Shown one piece after another: positions 8,493 to 17,809 of a DNA stretch of 64,000 bases. Origin of the DNA: Candidatus Acidiferrum sp. (GTDB taxonomy: Bacteria > Methylomirabilota > Methylomirabilia > Rokubacteriales > CSP1-6). How positions within the stretch are numbered: position 1 is the stretch's first letter; every line of letters starts with the position of its first letter. The position numbers and the translations under genes are program-made. Where the stretch lies: assembly GCA_035635775.1 (NCBI GenBank), contig DASQAL010000072.1:775-64774 (forward strand), in the 5' to 3' direction. A model generated the notes under the pieces. That model was not told the origin of the DNA. It ran no database searches and saw nothing but the letters and a program-made list of their open reading frames with translations.

Positions 8493-9692
8493 TCAGCGCG
8501 GGACGGCCAGCTCGCCGGTCTTGAACTCGGCCGGGTAGATGATCTTGGCCTCGGTGAAGGGCATCTCGGGACGCGTGTACTGCAGCATCAGCATCGGCGG
8601 GGTCCACTGCTGCCAGTAGGGGCCTTCGCCACGGGTGAAGCTGATCGTCGCGCTCCAGCCCTGGAACTTGTTGGCCAGCAGGGAGCGCACGAGCGCCTCG
8701 CTGGAGTCACTCTTGGCCGCCTCGAGAGCGTCGGCGATGAGGGCCACCTGCGCGTAGCCGTTCAGTGCCGCGTAGACCGGATCCTCCTTGAACTGCTCCC
8801 GGTACTTGGTGCGGAAGGCCTCTCCGCGGGGCGTGAGCTTCATGGTGGGGTGGTAGTAGACCATGAAGGAGACGTAGTTGCCCTTGTCGCCGAGGTTCTT
8901 CCAGAACTCCGGGCGGGCCGGCATGTCGTAGGAGACGAGCATCGGGGTGGCGGGGAGAAGGCCCACGTCGGCCGCCTGCTTGATGATCAGGTAGGCGGGG
9001 GTGCCCACGCCGATATTGATCACGAGATCCGGCTTCCAATTCTTGATCTCGAGGAGCTGGGGCGTCAAGTCCACCACCGCGCGATCGAAGATGATCGTCT
9101 TCAGCTCCGCCGACACGCCCATGGTGACGAAGAGCTTCTTGGTGTCTTCCACCAGCCCCACCCCGTAGTCCGTGTTCTCGGCGAGCACCGCCACTTTCTT
9201 GAAGCCCTTCTCCTTGATCCAGCGGTTCCAGAGCTGCACCCGGTCGGTGTCGATGACGTGGGTGCGGAAGCTGTAGTTCAGATGCTTCTCGGTGAAGACA
9301 CGCGAGGAGGCCTGGGTCGCGAAGAGCGGCACCTTGAACTGCTCGGCGAGATCCTGCACCGCCAGCGCGACTGAGCTGTGGAACTGGCCCAGCACCGCGA
9401 CCACGCCGTCCTGCGTCGCCAGCTTGCGGAAACCGGCCCCGCCCTTCTCTGGCGTACCGGCATCATCCTCGATCACCAGCTCGATCTTGCGCCCACCCAG
9501 GATGCCCTTGGCGTTGATGTCGTCGTCGGCCATCTTGGCGCCGCGCACGATGAACTGGCCCGCGGACGCGTCGCCGGGCGGCGAGAGCGGGGTCAGCACG
9601 CCGATCTTCACCGGCTTCTGGGCGAGGGCCGGCGTGGCGAACACGGCGAGGGTCAAGAGCGCCAGCACGATGGCAGTCAGCCGTCTACTCAT
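8493..9692 (-). CDS. ABC transporter substrate-binding protein (Leu/Ile/Val-binding protein family)
   Basis: Signal peptide MSRRLTAIVLALLTLAVFATPALA then QKPVKIGVLTPLS...; GGAGGA 9 nt upstream of ATG 9692 (alternative ATG 9701); the track ORF to 10073 is an artefactual extension. Confidence 0.8.
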   Translation of the reverse strand: MSRRLTAIVLALLTLAVFATPALAQKPVKIGVLTPLSPPGDASAGQFIVRGAKMADDDINAKGILGGRKIELVIEDDAGTPEKGGAGFRKLATQDGVVAVLGQFHSSVALAVQDLAEQFKVPLFATQASSRVFTEKHLNYSFRTHVIDTDRVQLWNRWIKEKGFKKVAVLAENTDYGVGLVEDTKKLFVTMGVSAELKTIIFDRAVVDLTPQLLEIKNWKPDLVINIGVGTPAYLIIKQAADVGLLPATPMLVSYDMPARPEFWKNLGDKGNYVSFMVYYHPTMKLTPRGEAFRTKYREQFKEDPVYAALNGYAQVALIADALEAAKSDSSEALVRSLLANKFQGWSATISFTRGEGPYWQQWTPPMLMLQYTRPEMPFTEAKIIYPAEFKTGELAVPR

Positions 9693-9740
9693 GTCTTGCA
9701 TCCTCCGCGCGCAGGTGGTGTGAGAGGACAGGAGAGCCGC

Positions 9741-9769
9741 ATCGTATGGTCGGAACCGGTCCGCGTCAA
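9741..9769 (-). promoter_or_regulatory. putative sigma70-type promoter of the binding-protein/livH operon
   Basis: Minus strand TTGACG (9769-9764), 17 nt spacer, TACGAT (9746-9741), about 40 nt upstream of the start codon. Confidence 0.35.
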
Positions 9770-9781
9770 GCGGCCCCGCGG

Positions 9782-10210
9782 CTAGCCGCGGCCGAGCCGG
9801 TCGAGCAGCACCGCATCGGCGGGGGGGAACTCGTAGCGCCCGAGATCGGCGGGGCGCACCCAGGCCAGCTCCTGGCCCTCCAGCGCGCGCGGCTCGCCCT
9901 CGATCGTGCACCGGAAGAAGGAAAGGCGCACTCGCTTCTCGGGATACGTCCAGTCCACCGTCTCGAACAGCGGCCCCACCGTGACCGCGGCGTCCAGCTC
10001 CTCGCGAATCTCGCGCTCGAGGGCCGCTGCCGCGCTCTCGCCCGGTTTCTGCTTGCCGCCCGGAAACTCCCACAACCCGCCCAGGTGGAGAGAGGCCGGC
10101 CGACGCGCGATGAGGATCCGCCCTTCCCGCTCGATCACCGCCGCCACCACTTCGACAACCTTGCCCCCCTCTCCCCCCTGGGGAGAGGGCAGGGTGAGGG
10201 GCCCGCTCAT
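9782..10210 (-). CDS. mutT: NUDIX hydrolase, MutT-type (8-oxo-dGTP diphosphatase family)
   Basis: Nudix box GGKQKPGESAAAALEREIREELD (Gx5Ex7REUxEE); ATG 10210 overlaps SDR stop (ATGA). Alternative GTG 10150 would leave the repeat at 10167-10201 untranslated. Confidence 0.75.
   Translation of the reverse strand: MSGPLTLPSPQGGEGGKVVEVVAAVIEREGRILIARRPASLHLGGLWEFPGGKQKPGESAAAALEREIREELDAAVTVGPLFETVDWTYPEKRVRLSFFRCTIEGEPRALEGQELAWVRPADLGRYEFPPADAVLLDRLGRG
10167..10201 (+). repeat. REP-like palindromic element, copy 1 of 3
   Basis: CCCTCTCCCC-CCT-GGGGAGAGGG-C-AGGGTGAGGGG; 10 bp stem, 3 nt loop, G-rich tail; near-identical to 15173-15207 and 19150-19184. Confidence 0.85.
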
Positions 10211-10965
10211 GAAGCGGTCCACCCCCCGTCCACGGCCAGGGTCGAGCCGGTCACGTAACGGGCCGCGTCCGACGCCAGGTAGAGGCACGCGGCCGCGACG
10301 TCATCCACATGCCCCGCGCGTCCAATCGGGATGCGACGCGTCAGCATGTTCCGCCGGAACTCGCTCACGCCCGCGTTGATGGTGGTGTCGATGGTACCGG
10401 GAGCCACGACGTTGACGCGAATGCCGTCCTGGACGAGCTCGACGGCGGCGGCGCGGGCCAGGGCGTTGAGCCGACCCTTGGAGGCGACATAGGGCGAGAA
10501 GAGCGGCGCGGCGGCGGTGCCGAGCGCGGAGCCGATGTGGATGACGCTCCCGCCGCCGCGCTCGCGCATCGGGCCCGTCACGAGCTTGGTCAGCACAAAG
10601 GCGCCGACCAGGTTGATGCGCAGCACCTCCGCGAAGTCGGCGGCCGAGATCTCGGTCAGCGGCGACTGAAGGCGCACCGCCGCCGAGTTGACCATGACGT
10701 CCACGCCGCCCCACTCGGTCCGGGCGGCCGCCACCAGGTCGGCCACGTCGCTCTCGACACCCGCGTCCCCCGCGATCGCCAGCGCGGCCCCTCCGGCGCC
10801 CCTGATCGCGCTCGCGACTTCCCGTACGGGCTCCGGGCGGCGACCGAAGACGGCCACGCGCGCACCCTCCCGCGCGAACCGCTCGGCAACGGCCCGCCCG
10901 ATGCCGGTACCGCCGCCCGCCACGAGCGCGACCTTGCCGTCAAGCGCGCCCATCGGTCCTCCCAT
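10207..10965 (-). CDS. SDR family oxidoreductase
   Basis: GKVALVAGGGTGIGRAVA cofactor motif, YVASK catalytic motif (YxxxK); 252 aa (alternative ATG 10953). Confidence 0.8.
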   Translation of the reverse strand: MGGPMGALDGKVALVAGGGTGIGRAVAERFAREGARVAVFGRRPEPVREVASAIRGAGGAALAIAGDAGVESDVADLVAAARTEWGGVDVMVNSAAVRLQSPLTEISAADFAEVLRINLVGAFVLTKLVTGPMRERGGGSVIHIGSALGTAAAPLFSPYVASKGRLNALARAAAVELVQDGIRVNVVAPGTIDTTINAGVSEFRRNMLTRRIPIGRAGHVDDVAAACLYLASDAARYVTGSTLAVDGGWTAS

Positions 10966-11650
10966 TCGTCCGGCCGGTCATCCGATAGGTCGCGCAGAAG
11001 CGCTTCATGGGGCAGGGGCGGCAGCGCGGCGCCCGCGCGGTGCACCAGGTGGCGCCGAAGTCCATCAGCGCCTGGTTGTAGTCGTAGGAGCGCCGGCGCG
11101 GCACGAGCGCGCCCGCCAGATCCCACATCGCCTTCTGGCCCCGTAGCGCCGCGAGGCGCCGCGGCCCCAGGAACACGCGTCCCAGCACCCGGCGCACGTT
11201 GGTGTCCACGATGGGCACGGCGCGCCCGTAGGCGAAGCAGAGCAGCGCGCCCGCGGTGTAGCGGCCGATGCCGCGCATGCCCCGGAGCGCGGCCGCGTCG
11301 GCGGGAAGCCGGCCGCCGTAGCTCGCCACCGCCTCGCGCGCGATCCCGTGCAGGTTGAGCGGGCGGACGTTGTAGCCGAGCGGGTACCACAGGCGCCGGA
11401 CGTCCTCCGGCGCGGAGCCGGCCAGCGCCTCGAGCGTCGGGTAGCGATCGAGGAACTCGTGGTACTTGGGCACGACCCGCTCCACCTGCGTCTGCTGGAG
11501 CATGATCTCCGAGACGAGGATGTGATACGGGTCCTCGGTGCGGCGCCACGGCAGGTCGCGGCGATGGCGACCGTACCACTGCAGCAGGCGGCGGCGGAAG
11601 CGCGAGCGGGCCCGGAAATCGGGCAATGCGGTGGGCGGCACGGCGGCCAT
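10940..11650 (-). CDS. HhH-GPD base-excision glycosylase, MutY-like catalytic domain only (no C-terminal NUDIX-like domain)
   Basis: Start ATG 11650 (MAAVPPTALP...); ...WYGRHRRDLPWRRTEDPYHILVSEIMLQQTQV..., HhH-GPD GIGRYTAGALL...VDTNVRRV, 4Fe-4S cluster Cx6Cx2Cx5C (CTARAPRCRPCPMKRFC); only 236 aa. Confidence 0.75.
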   Translation of the reverse strand: MAAVPPTALPDFRARSRFRRRLLQWYGRHRRDLPWRRTEDPYHILVSEIMLQQTQVERVVPKYHEFLDRYPTLEALAGSAPEDVRRLWYPLGYNVRPLNLHGIAREAVASYGGRLPADAAALRGMRGIGRYTAGALLCFAYGRAVPIVDTNVRRVLGRVFLGPRRLAALRGQKAMWDLAGALVPRRRSYDYNQALMDFGATWCTARAPRCRPCPMKRFCATYRMTGRTNGRTDGRA

Positions 11651-11678
11651 TGTGTACGAGTCGGCCGGGACCCGCAAG

Positions 11679-11707
11679 TTGACAGGCGCCTCACGCGCGA
11701 CAACAAT
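11679..11707 (+). promoter_or_regulatory. putative promoter giving a leaderless ygfZ-like mRNA
   Basis: TTGACA (11679-11684), 17 nt, AACAAT (11702-11707); ATG 11714 lies 7 nt after the -10 element; no SD in between. Confidence 0.35.
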
Positions 11708-11713
11708 GAGTCC

Positions 11714-12724
11714 ATGCCCGACAACGAGTCTATGCACGACCTCGGGACCGAGTACCGCGCCGCCCGCCAGGGTGCCGCCCTGTTCAACCGCTCCACGCTC
11801 GGAAAAGTCAGCGTGACCGGGCGCGACCGGCTCGCATTCCTCCAGGGCATGCTCACCAACGACGTCAAGGGCCTCCAGCCGGGCCAGGGCGCGCCCGCCG
11901 CCTTCCTCGACGCCCACGGCAAGGTGACGGTGCTGCTGGTGGTCTACGTGACCGCCGACCGGGTGCTGATCGAGCTGCCCGCGAGCCTCACCGAGAAGAC
12001 GCTGCAGACGATCGATCGCTATCTCATCTCGGAGAAGGCCTACTTCGAGGCGGTGGACGACGCGTTCGCCATCCTGTCGGTGCAGGGGCCCGCCGCGCGC
12101 GGCCTGCTCGAGGGCCTGGCCGGCGCCGCGCTCGAGCTTGCGCCCTACGCCCACGCCGAGGTCACCATCGGCGGCGCATCTGCTCGAGTGGTCAATCGGT
12201 CGGAAGCGCCGGCGCCCGGCTTCCACTGCTGGGTGGACGCCGAGCACGCCGCCGCCGTGCGGAGCGCGCTCGAGTCGGCCGGCGCGGTGCCCGCGGGAGC
12301 CGAGACGCTCGAGGTGCTGCGGATCGAGGCGGGCCAGCCGTGGTACCCAACCGATATCGACGACTCCGTGATCCTGCCCGAGACGCGGCTCGATGCCCTG
12401 GTGAGCTATACCAAGGGCTGCTATATCGGCCAGGAAACGGTGGCGCGCGTGAAGTATCGCGGGCACGTCAACCGCGCGCTGAGCGGCCTCGTGATCGAGG
12501 GCGAGCGGGTTCCCGGCCAGGGCGCGCAGGTCGCCGTGGATGGCAAGGAGGTCGGTCGCGTCACCTCCGCGGTGCGCTCGATCGCGCTGGGCCGGCCGAT
12601 CGCGCTCGGCTACGTCCGGCGGGAGCACTTCGAGCCGGGCACCGCGGTCACGGTGGTGGACGGCGCCGGCGAGCAGCCGGCCCGCGTCGCCGCGCTGCCG
12701 TTCGTCCAGGCCCCGCAGGCCTGA
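11714..12724 (+). CDS. ygfZ: folate-binding YgfZ / GcvT-family protein (Fe-S cluster repair / tRNA-modification associated)
   Basis: ...[31 protein letters not shown]... and the family signature KGCYIGQE; start ATG 11714 (alternative 11732). Confidence 0.75.
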   Translation: MPDNESMHDLGTEYRAARQGAALFNRSTLGKVSVTGRDRLAFLQGMLTNDVKGLQPGQGAPAAFLDAHGKVTVLLVVYVTADRVLIELPASLTEKTLQTIDRYLISEKAYFEAVDDAFAILSVQGPAARGLLEGLAGAALELAPYAHAEVTIGGASARVVNRSEAPAPGFHCWVDAEHAAAVRSALESAGAVPAGAETLEVLRIEAGQPWYPTDIDDSVILPETRLDALVSYTKGCYIGQETVARVKYRGHVNRALSGLVIEGERVPGQGAQVAVDGKEVGRVTSAVRSIALGRPIALGYVRREHFEPGTAVTVVDGAGEQPARVAALPFVQAPQA

Positions 12725-12738
12725 GCGAGCCCTCTCTC

Positions 12739-14811
<2,073 letters not shown>

Positions 14812-14815
14812 TCCG

Positions 14816-14911
14816 GACGCGTCGCTGGGGGAGGTCTCCTGAGAACCGGGTGCGGCCCGGGACCCCTCGAACCTGCACTGGGTAATTCCAGCGAAGGGAA
14901 CGCGACGCGGC
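14816..14911 (+). promoter_or_regulatory. TPP (thiamine pyrophosphate, THI-box) riboswitch aptamer
   Basis: P1 CGCGTCGC (14818-14825) pairs with GCGACGCG (14902-14909); conserved UGGGGGAG...CUGAGA...ACCC..GAACCUG..CUGGGUAAU.CCAGCG.AGGGAA core; directly upstream of thiS. Confidence 0.9.
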
Positions 14912-14924
14912 GCACGACGACTGG

Positions 14925-14959
14925 ACCGCACCCTTTCTTGGAAAGGTGTGCGGTTTTTT
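14925..14959 (+). terminator. riboswitch expression-platform intrinsic terminator
   Basis: ACCGCAC (14925-14931) pairs with GTGCGGT (14948-14954), followed by the T-run 14954-14959, ending 1 nt before thiS ATG 14961. Confidence 0.7.
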
Positions 14960-14960
14960 C

Positions 14961-15161
14961 ATGACGGTCACCGTCAACGGCAAGCCGATGGAGCTGCCCG
15001 AGGGGCTCAGTATCGACGACCTACTGTCCAGGCTCAAAATCCGCCGCGAGTTCACCGCGGTAGCCCTGAACCGCGAGGTGACCCAGCGGGCCCGCTACGC
15101 CGAGACGGTGCTGTCCGACGGGGACAAGATCGAGATCGTCCATCCAATGGGAGGCGGCTAG
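14961..15161 (+). CDS. thiS: sulfur-carrier protein ThiS
   Basis: 66 aa, MTVTVNGKPMELPEG...IEIVHPMGGG with the C-terminal GG; the GTG 14946 of the track ORF lies inside the terminator stem. Confidence 0.85.
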   Translation: MTVTVNGKPMELPEGLSIDDLLSRLKIRREFTAVALNREVTQRARYAETVLSDGDKIEIVHPMGGG

Positions 15162-15172
15162 CACCCCACTCC

Positions 15173-15207
15173 CCCTCTCCCCTCTGGGGAGAGGGTAGGG
15201 TGAGGGG
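15173..15207 (+). repeat. REP-like palindromic element, copy 2 of 3 (thiS-thiG spacer)
   Basis: CCCTCTCCCC-TCT-GGGGAGAGGG-T-AGGGTGAGGGG. Confidence 0.85.
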
Positions 15208-15228
15208 AGAACTCGAAGGGGGGTCATC

Positions 15229-16011
15229 ATGTACGACACGTCACTGTGGCTGGGCGGAAAAGAGTTCAAGTCGCGTCTGATCGTCGGGACCGGAAAGTAC
15301 CCGTCGTTCGAGAACATGCGCGAAGCCATCGAGGCCTCGGGCGCCGAGATCGTCACGGTCGCGGTGCGGCGGGTGAGCCTTCCGGGGCAGGGGGAATCCC
15401 TCCTCGACTTCGTGGACCCCAAGAAGTACACGCTGCTCCCGAACACCGCCGGCTGCTACACCGCCGACGAGGCGGTCCGGACCTGTTACCTGGCCCGCGA
15501 GGCGGGGCTCGGGACCCTGGTCAAGCTCGAGGTCATCGGCGACTCGCGCACCCTGTTCCCCGACGTGCTCGGCCTGCTGGAGGCGACCCGCACCCTGTCC
15601 CGCGAGGGCTTCACGGTGCTGCCGTATACCAACGACGACCCGGTCATGGCCAAGAAGCTCGAGGACGCCGGCGCGGCCGCGGTCATGCCGCTAGGCGCGC
15701 CGATCGGCTCCGGGCTCGGCATCCGCAACCCGTACAATATCAAGCTGATCCTGGAGGCGGTCACGGTCCCCGTGCTCGTGGACGCGGGCGTGGGCACGGC
15801 CTCGGACGCGGCCATCGCCATGGAGCTCGGCTGCGACGGCGTGCTGATGAACACCGCCATCGCCTCCGCCAAGGACCCGGTGGCCATGGCCACCGCCATG
15901 CGCCTGGCCGTCGAGGCCGGCCGTCTCGCCTTCAAGGCCGGGCGAATGGGCAAGAAGCTCTACGCCACCGCGTCCTCCCCGCTGGAGGGCGTGCCCGAGT
16001 GGACCAGCTAG
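15229..16011 (+). CDS. thiG: thiazole synthase ThiG
   Basis: 260 aa; ...[36 protein letters not shown]...LPNTAGC...[14 protein letters not shown]... Confidence 0.9.
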   Translation: MYDTSLWLGGKEFKSRLIVGTGKYPSFENMREAIEASGAEIVTVAVRRVSLPGQGESLLDFVDPKKYTLLPNTAGCYTADEAVRTCYLAREAGLGTLVKLEVIGDSRTLFPDVLGLLEATRTLSREGFTVLPYTNDDPVMAKKLEDAGAAAVMPLGAPIGSGLGIRNPYNIKLILEAVTVPVLVDAGVGTASDAAIAMELGCDGVLMNTAIASAKDPVAMATAMRLAVEAGRLAFKAGRMGKKLYATASSPLEGVPEWTS

Positions 16012-16625
16012 GCTTCTCCCTCTACCTGATCACCGACCGCGCGGCGGCGTCCCGGCCGCCCGCCGACGTGGTGGAGGAGTGTCTGGCCGCAGGCCTTCGC
16101 GCCGTGCAGCTCCGCGAGAAGGATCTCGAGACGCGGGAGCTGCTCGCGCTGGCCGACACGCTCCGCGAGGCCACCCACCGTCACGGCGCGCGGCTCATCG
16201 TGAACGACCGGGCCGACGTGGCGCTGGCCGCCCGGGCGGACGGCGTCCAGCGCACGCACGCCTCGCTGCCCGTGTCGGCGCTGCGCGGGATCACGCCGGC
16301 CGGCTTCCTCGTAGGTGCCTCCGTGCACTCGGAGGCGGAGGCGCGGGACGCCGCCGCGCAGGGCGCCGACTTCGTCGTCTTCGGGCCGGTCTACGATACC
16401 GCGTCCAAGCGGCGCTACGGCCCGCCGCAGGGACTGGCCGCGCTCGAGGCCGTCACCCGTGCGGTGGACCGGCCGGTCCTGGCCGTGGGCGGACTCACTC
16501 CGGAGCGCGTCGCGGAGGTACTCGCGGCCGGCGCCGCGGGCGTCGCGGTGATCGGCGCGATCTACGCGGCCGTGCGGCCCGCCGACGCCACCAAGGCGTT
16601 TCTTGACGCGCTGGGGCGAGCGTGA
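15999..16625 (+). CDS. thiE: thiamine-phosphate synthase ThiE
   Basis: GTG 15999 (13 nt overlap with thiG); ...LYLITDR...VQLREKD...[12 protein letters not shown]...GASVHS...DFVVFGPVY...LAVGGL... Confidence 0.8.
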   Translation: MDQLGFSLYLITDRAAASRPPADVVEECLAAGLRAVQLREKDLETRELLALADTLREATHRHGARLIVNDRADVALAARADGVQRTHASLPVSALRGITPAGFLVGASVHSEAEARDAAAQGADFVVFGPVYDTASKRRYGPPQGLAALEAVTRAVDRPVLAVGGLTPERVAEVLAAGAAGVAVIGAIYAAVRPADATKAFLDALGRA

Positions 16626-17809
16626 TGGCCGCGCCCTCCGTGGCGGTGATCGGCGGCGGCATCATCGGCTGCGCCACCGCGGGGGACCTGGCCAAGCGCG
16701 GCTGCCGCGTCACCCTGCTCGAGCGCGCGAGCCCCGGCGCCGAAGCCTCGAGCGCGGCGGCGGGCCTGCTGGCCCCGCTGGGCCCGTCGCCCGAGCCCGG
16801 CCCCTTCCACCGGCTGGCGATCGAGAGCTGGCGCCTCTACCCGCGCGTGGCATCCGAGCTCCGGGACCTGACCGGCGTGGACGTCGAGCACATGACCGCG
16901 GGCACGCTCTACCCGCTCCATTCTCCGCGAGAGATCGAGGCGGCCCGTCTTCGCCGGACGTGGCCACTGGCCGGGGAGTTCGGGATCGAGGTGGTGGAGG
17001 GGAGCGACCTGCGCGCGCTCGAGCCGGCGCTCTCGAAGGATGTGAGCGCGGCCCTGCTGATCCGCGGCGACCACTGGGTGAACAACCAGCGCCTGGTGAT
17101 CGCCTACGCGGCGGCCGCCGCGGCGCGCGGCGTCGCGGTCCGCACCGGCGCCGAGGTGAGCCGCATCCTGATCGAGAGCGGGCGCGCCCGCGGCGTCCTC
17201 GTGGACGGCGAGGCGATCCACGCCGACGCGGTACTGCTGGCGGCGGGCGCCTGGTCGGGGGCGCTCGCTGACGCCATCGGCCTCCGGCTACCGGTGGCGC
17301 CGGTGCGCGGCCAGATGCTGGCGGTGAGCAATGTCCCGCCGCTGATCACCCGCGCCGTGCACGGCGACGACATCTACGTGGTGCCGCGGCCCTCGGGGGA
17401 GGTCCTCATCGGCGCCACCGTGGAGCACGCGGGCTTCGTGCGCGCGGTCACGCCCGACGGGCTCGGCTCGCTCATCGCCGCCGCCGTCGCCCTCGTCCCC
17501 GAGATCGGCCGCCGGCCGGTCACCCGCTCGTGGTGCGGCTTCCGGCCCTGGGTCCCCGACGGCCAGCCGGTGCTCGGCCCGTGGCCCGACATCGCGGGCC
17601 TCTTCGCGGCCACCGCGCACTATCGCAACGGCATCCTCATGGCGCCCATCACCGCGGCGCTGATGACCCGCTGTATCGTCGACGGCGACACCCCGGCGTC
17701 GATCACTTCCTTTCTCCCCGGCCGATTCGCACCCGGTCGCCAGCACGCCCCGATGAGCCCCGCAGGGGGCGAAGAGGCCAAACCTCAAGGCGGAGTGAAA
17801 GACCAATGA
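16622..17809 (+). CDS. thiO: glycine oxidase ThiO (FAD-dependent)
   Basis: VAVIGGGIIGCATAGDLAKRG dinucleotide fold, DAO family, position in the thi operon; start overlaps thiE stop. Confidence 0.8.
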   Translation: MMAAPSVAVIGGGIIGCATAGDLAKRGCRVTLLERASPGAEASSAAAGLLAPLGPSPEPGPFHRLAIESWRLYPRVASELRDLTGVDVEHMTAGTLYPLHSPREIEAARLRRTWPLAGEFGIEVVEGSDLRALEPALSKDVSAALLIRGDHWVNNQRLVIAYAAAAAARGVAVRTGAEVSRILIESGRARGVLVDGEAIHADAVLLAAGAWSGALADAIGLRLPVAPVRGQMLAVSNVPPLITRAVHGDDIYVVPRPSGEVLIGATVEHAGFVRAVTPDGLGSLIAAAVALVPEIGRRPVTRSWCGFRPWVPDGQPVLGPWPDIAGLFAATAHYRNGILMAPITAALMTRCIVDGDTPASITSFLPGRFAPGRQHAPMSPAGGEEAKPQGGVKDQ

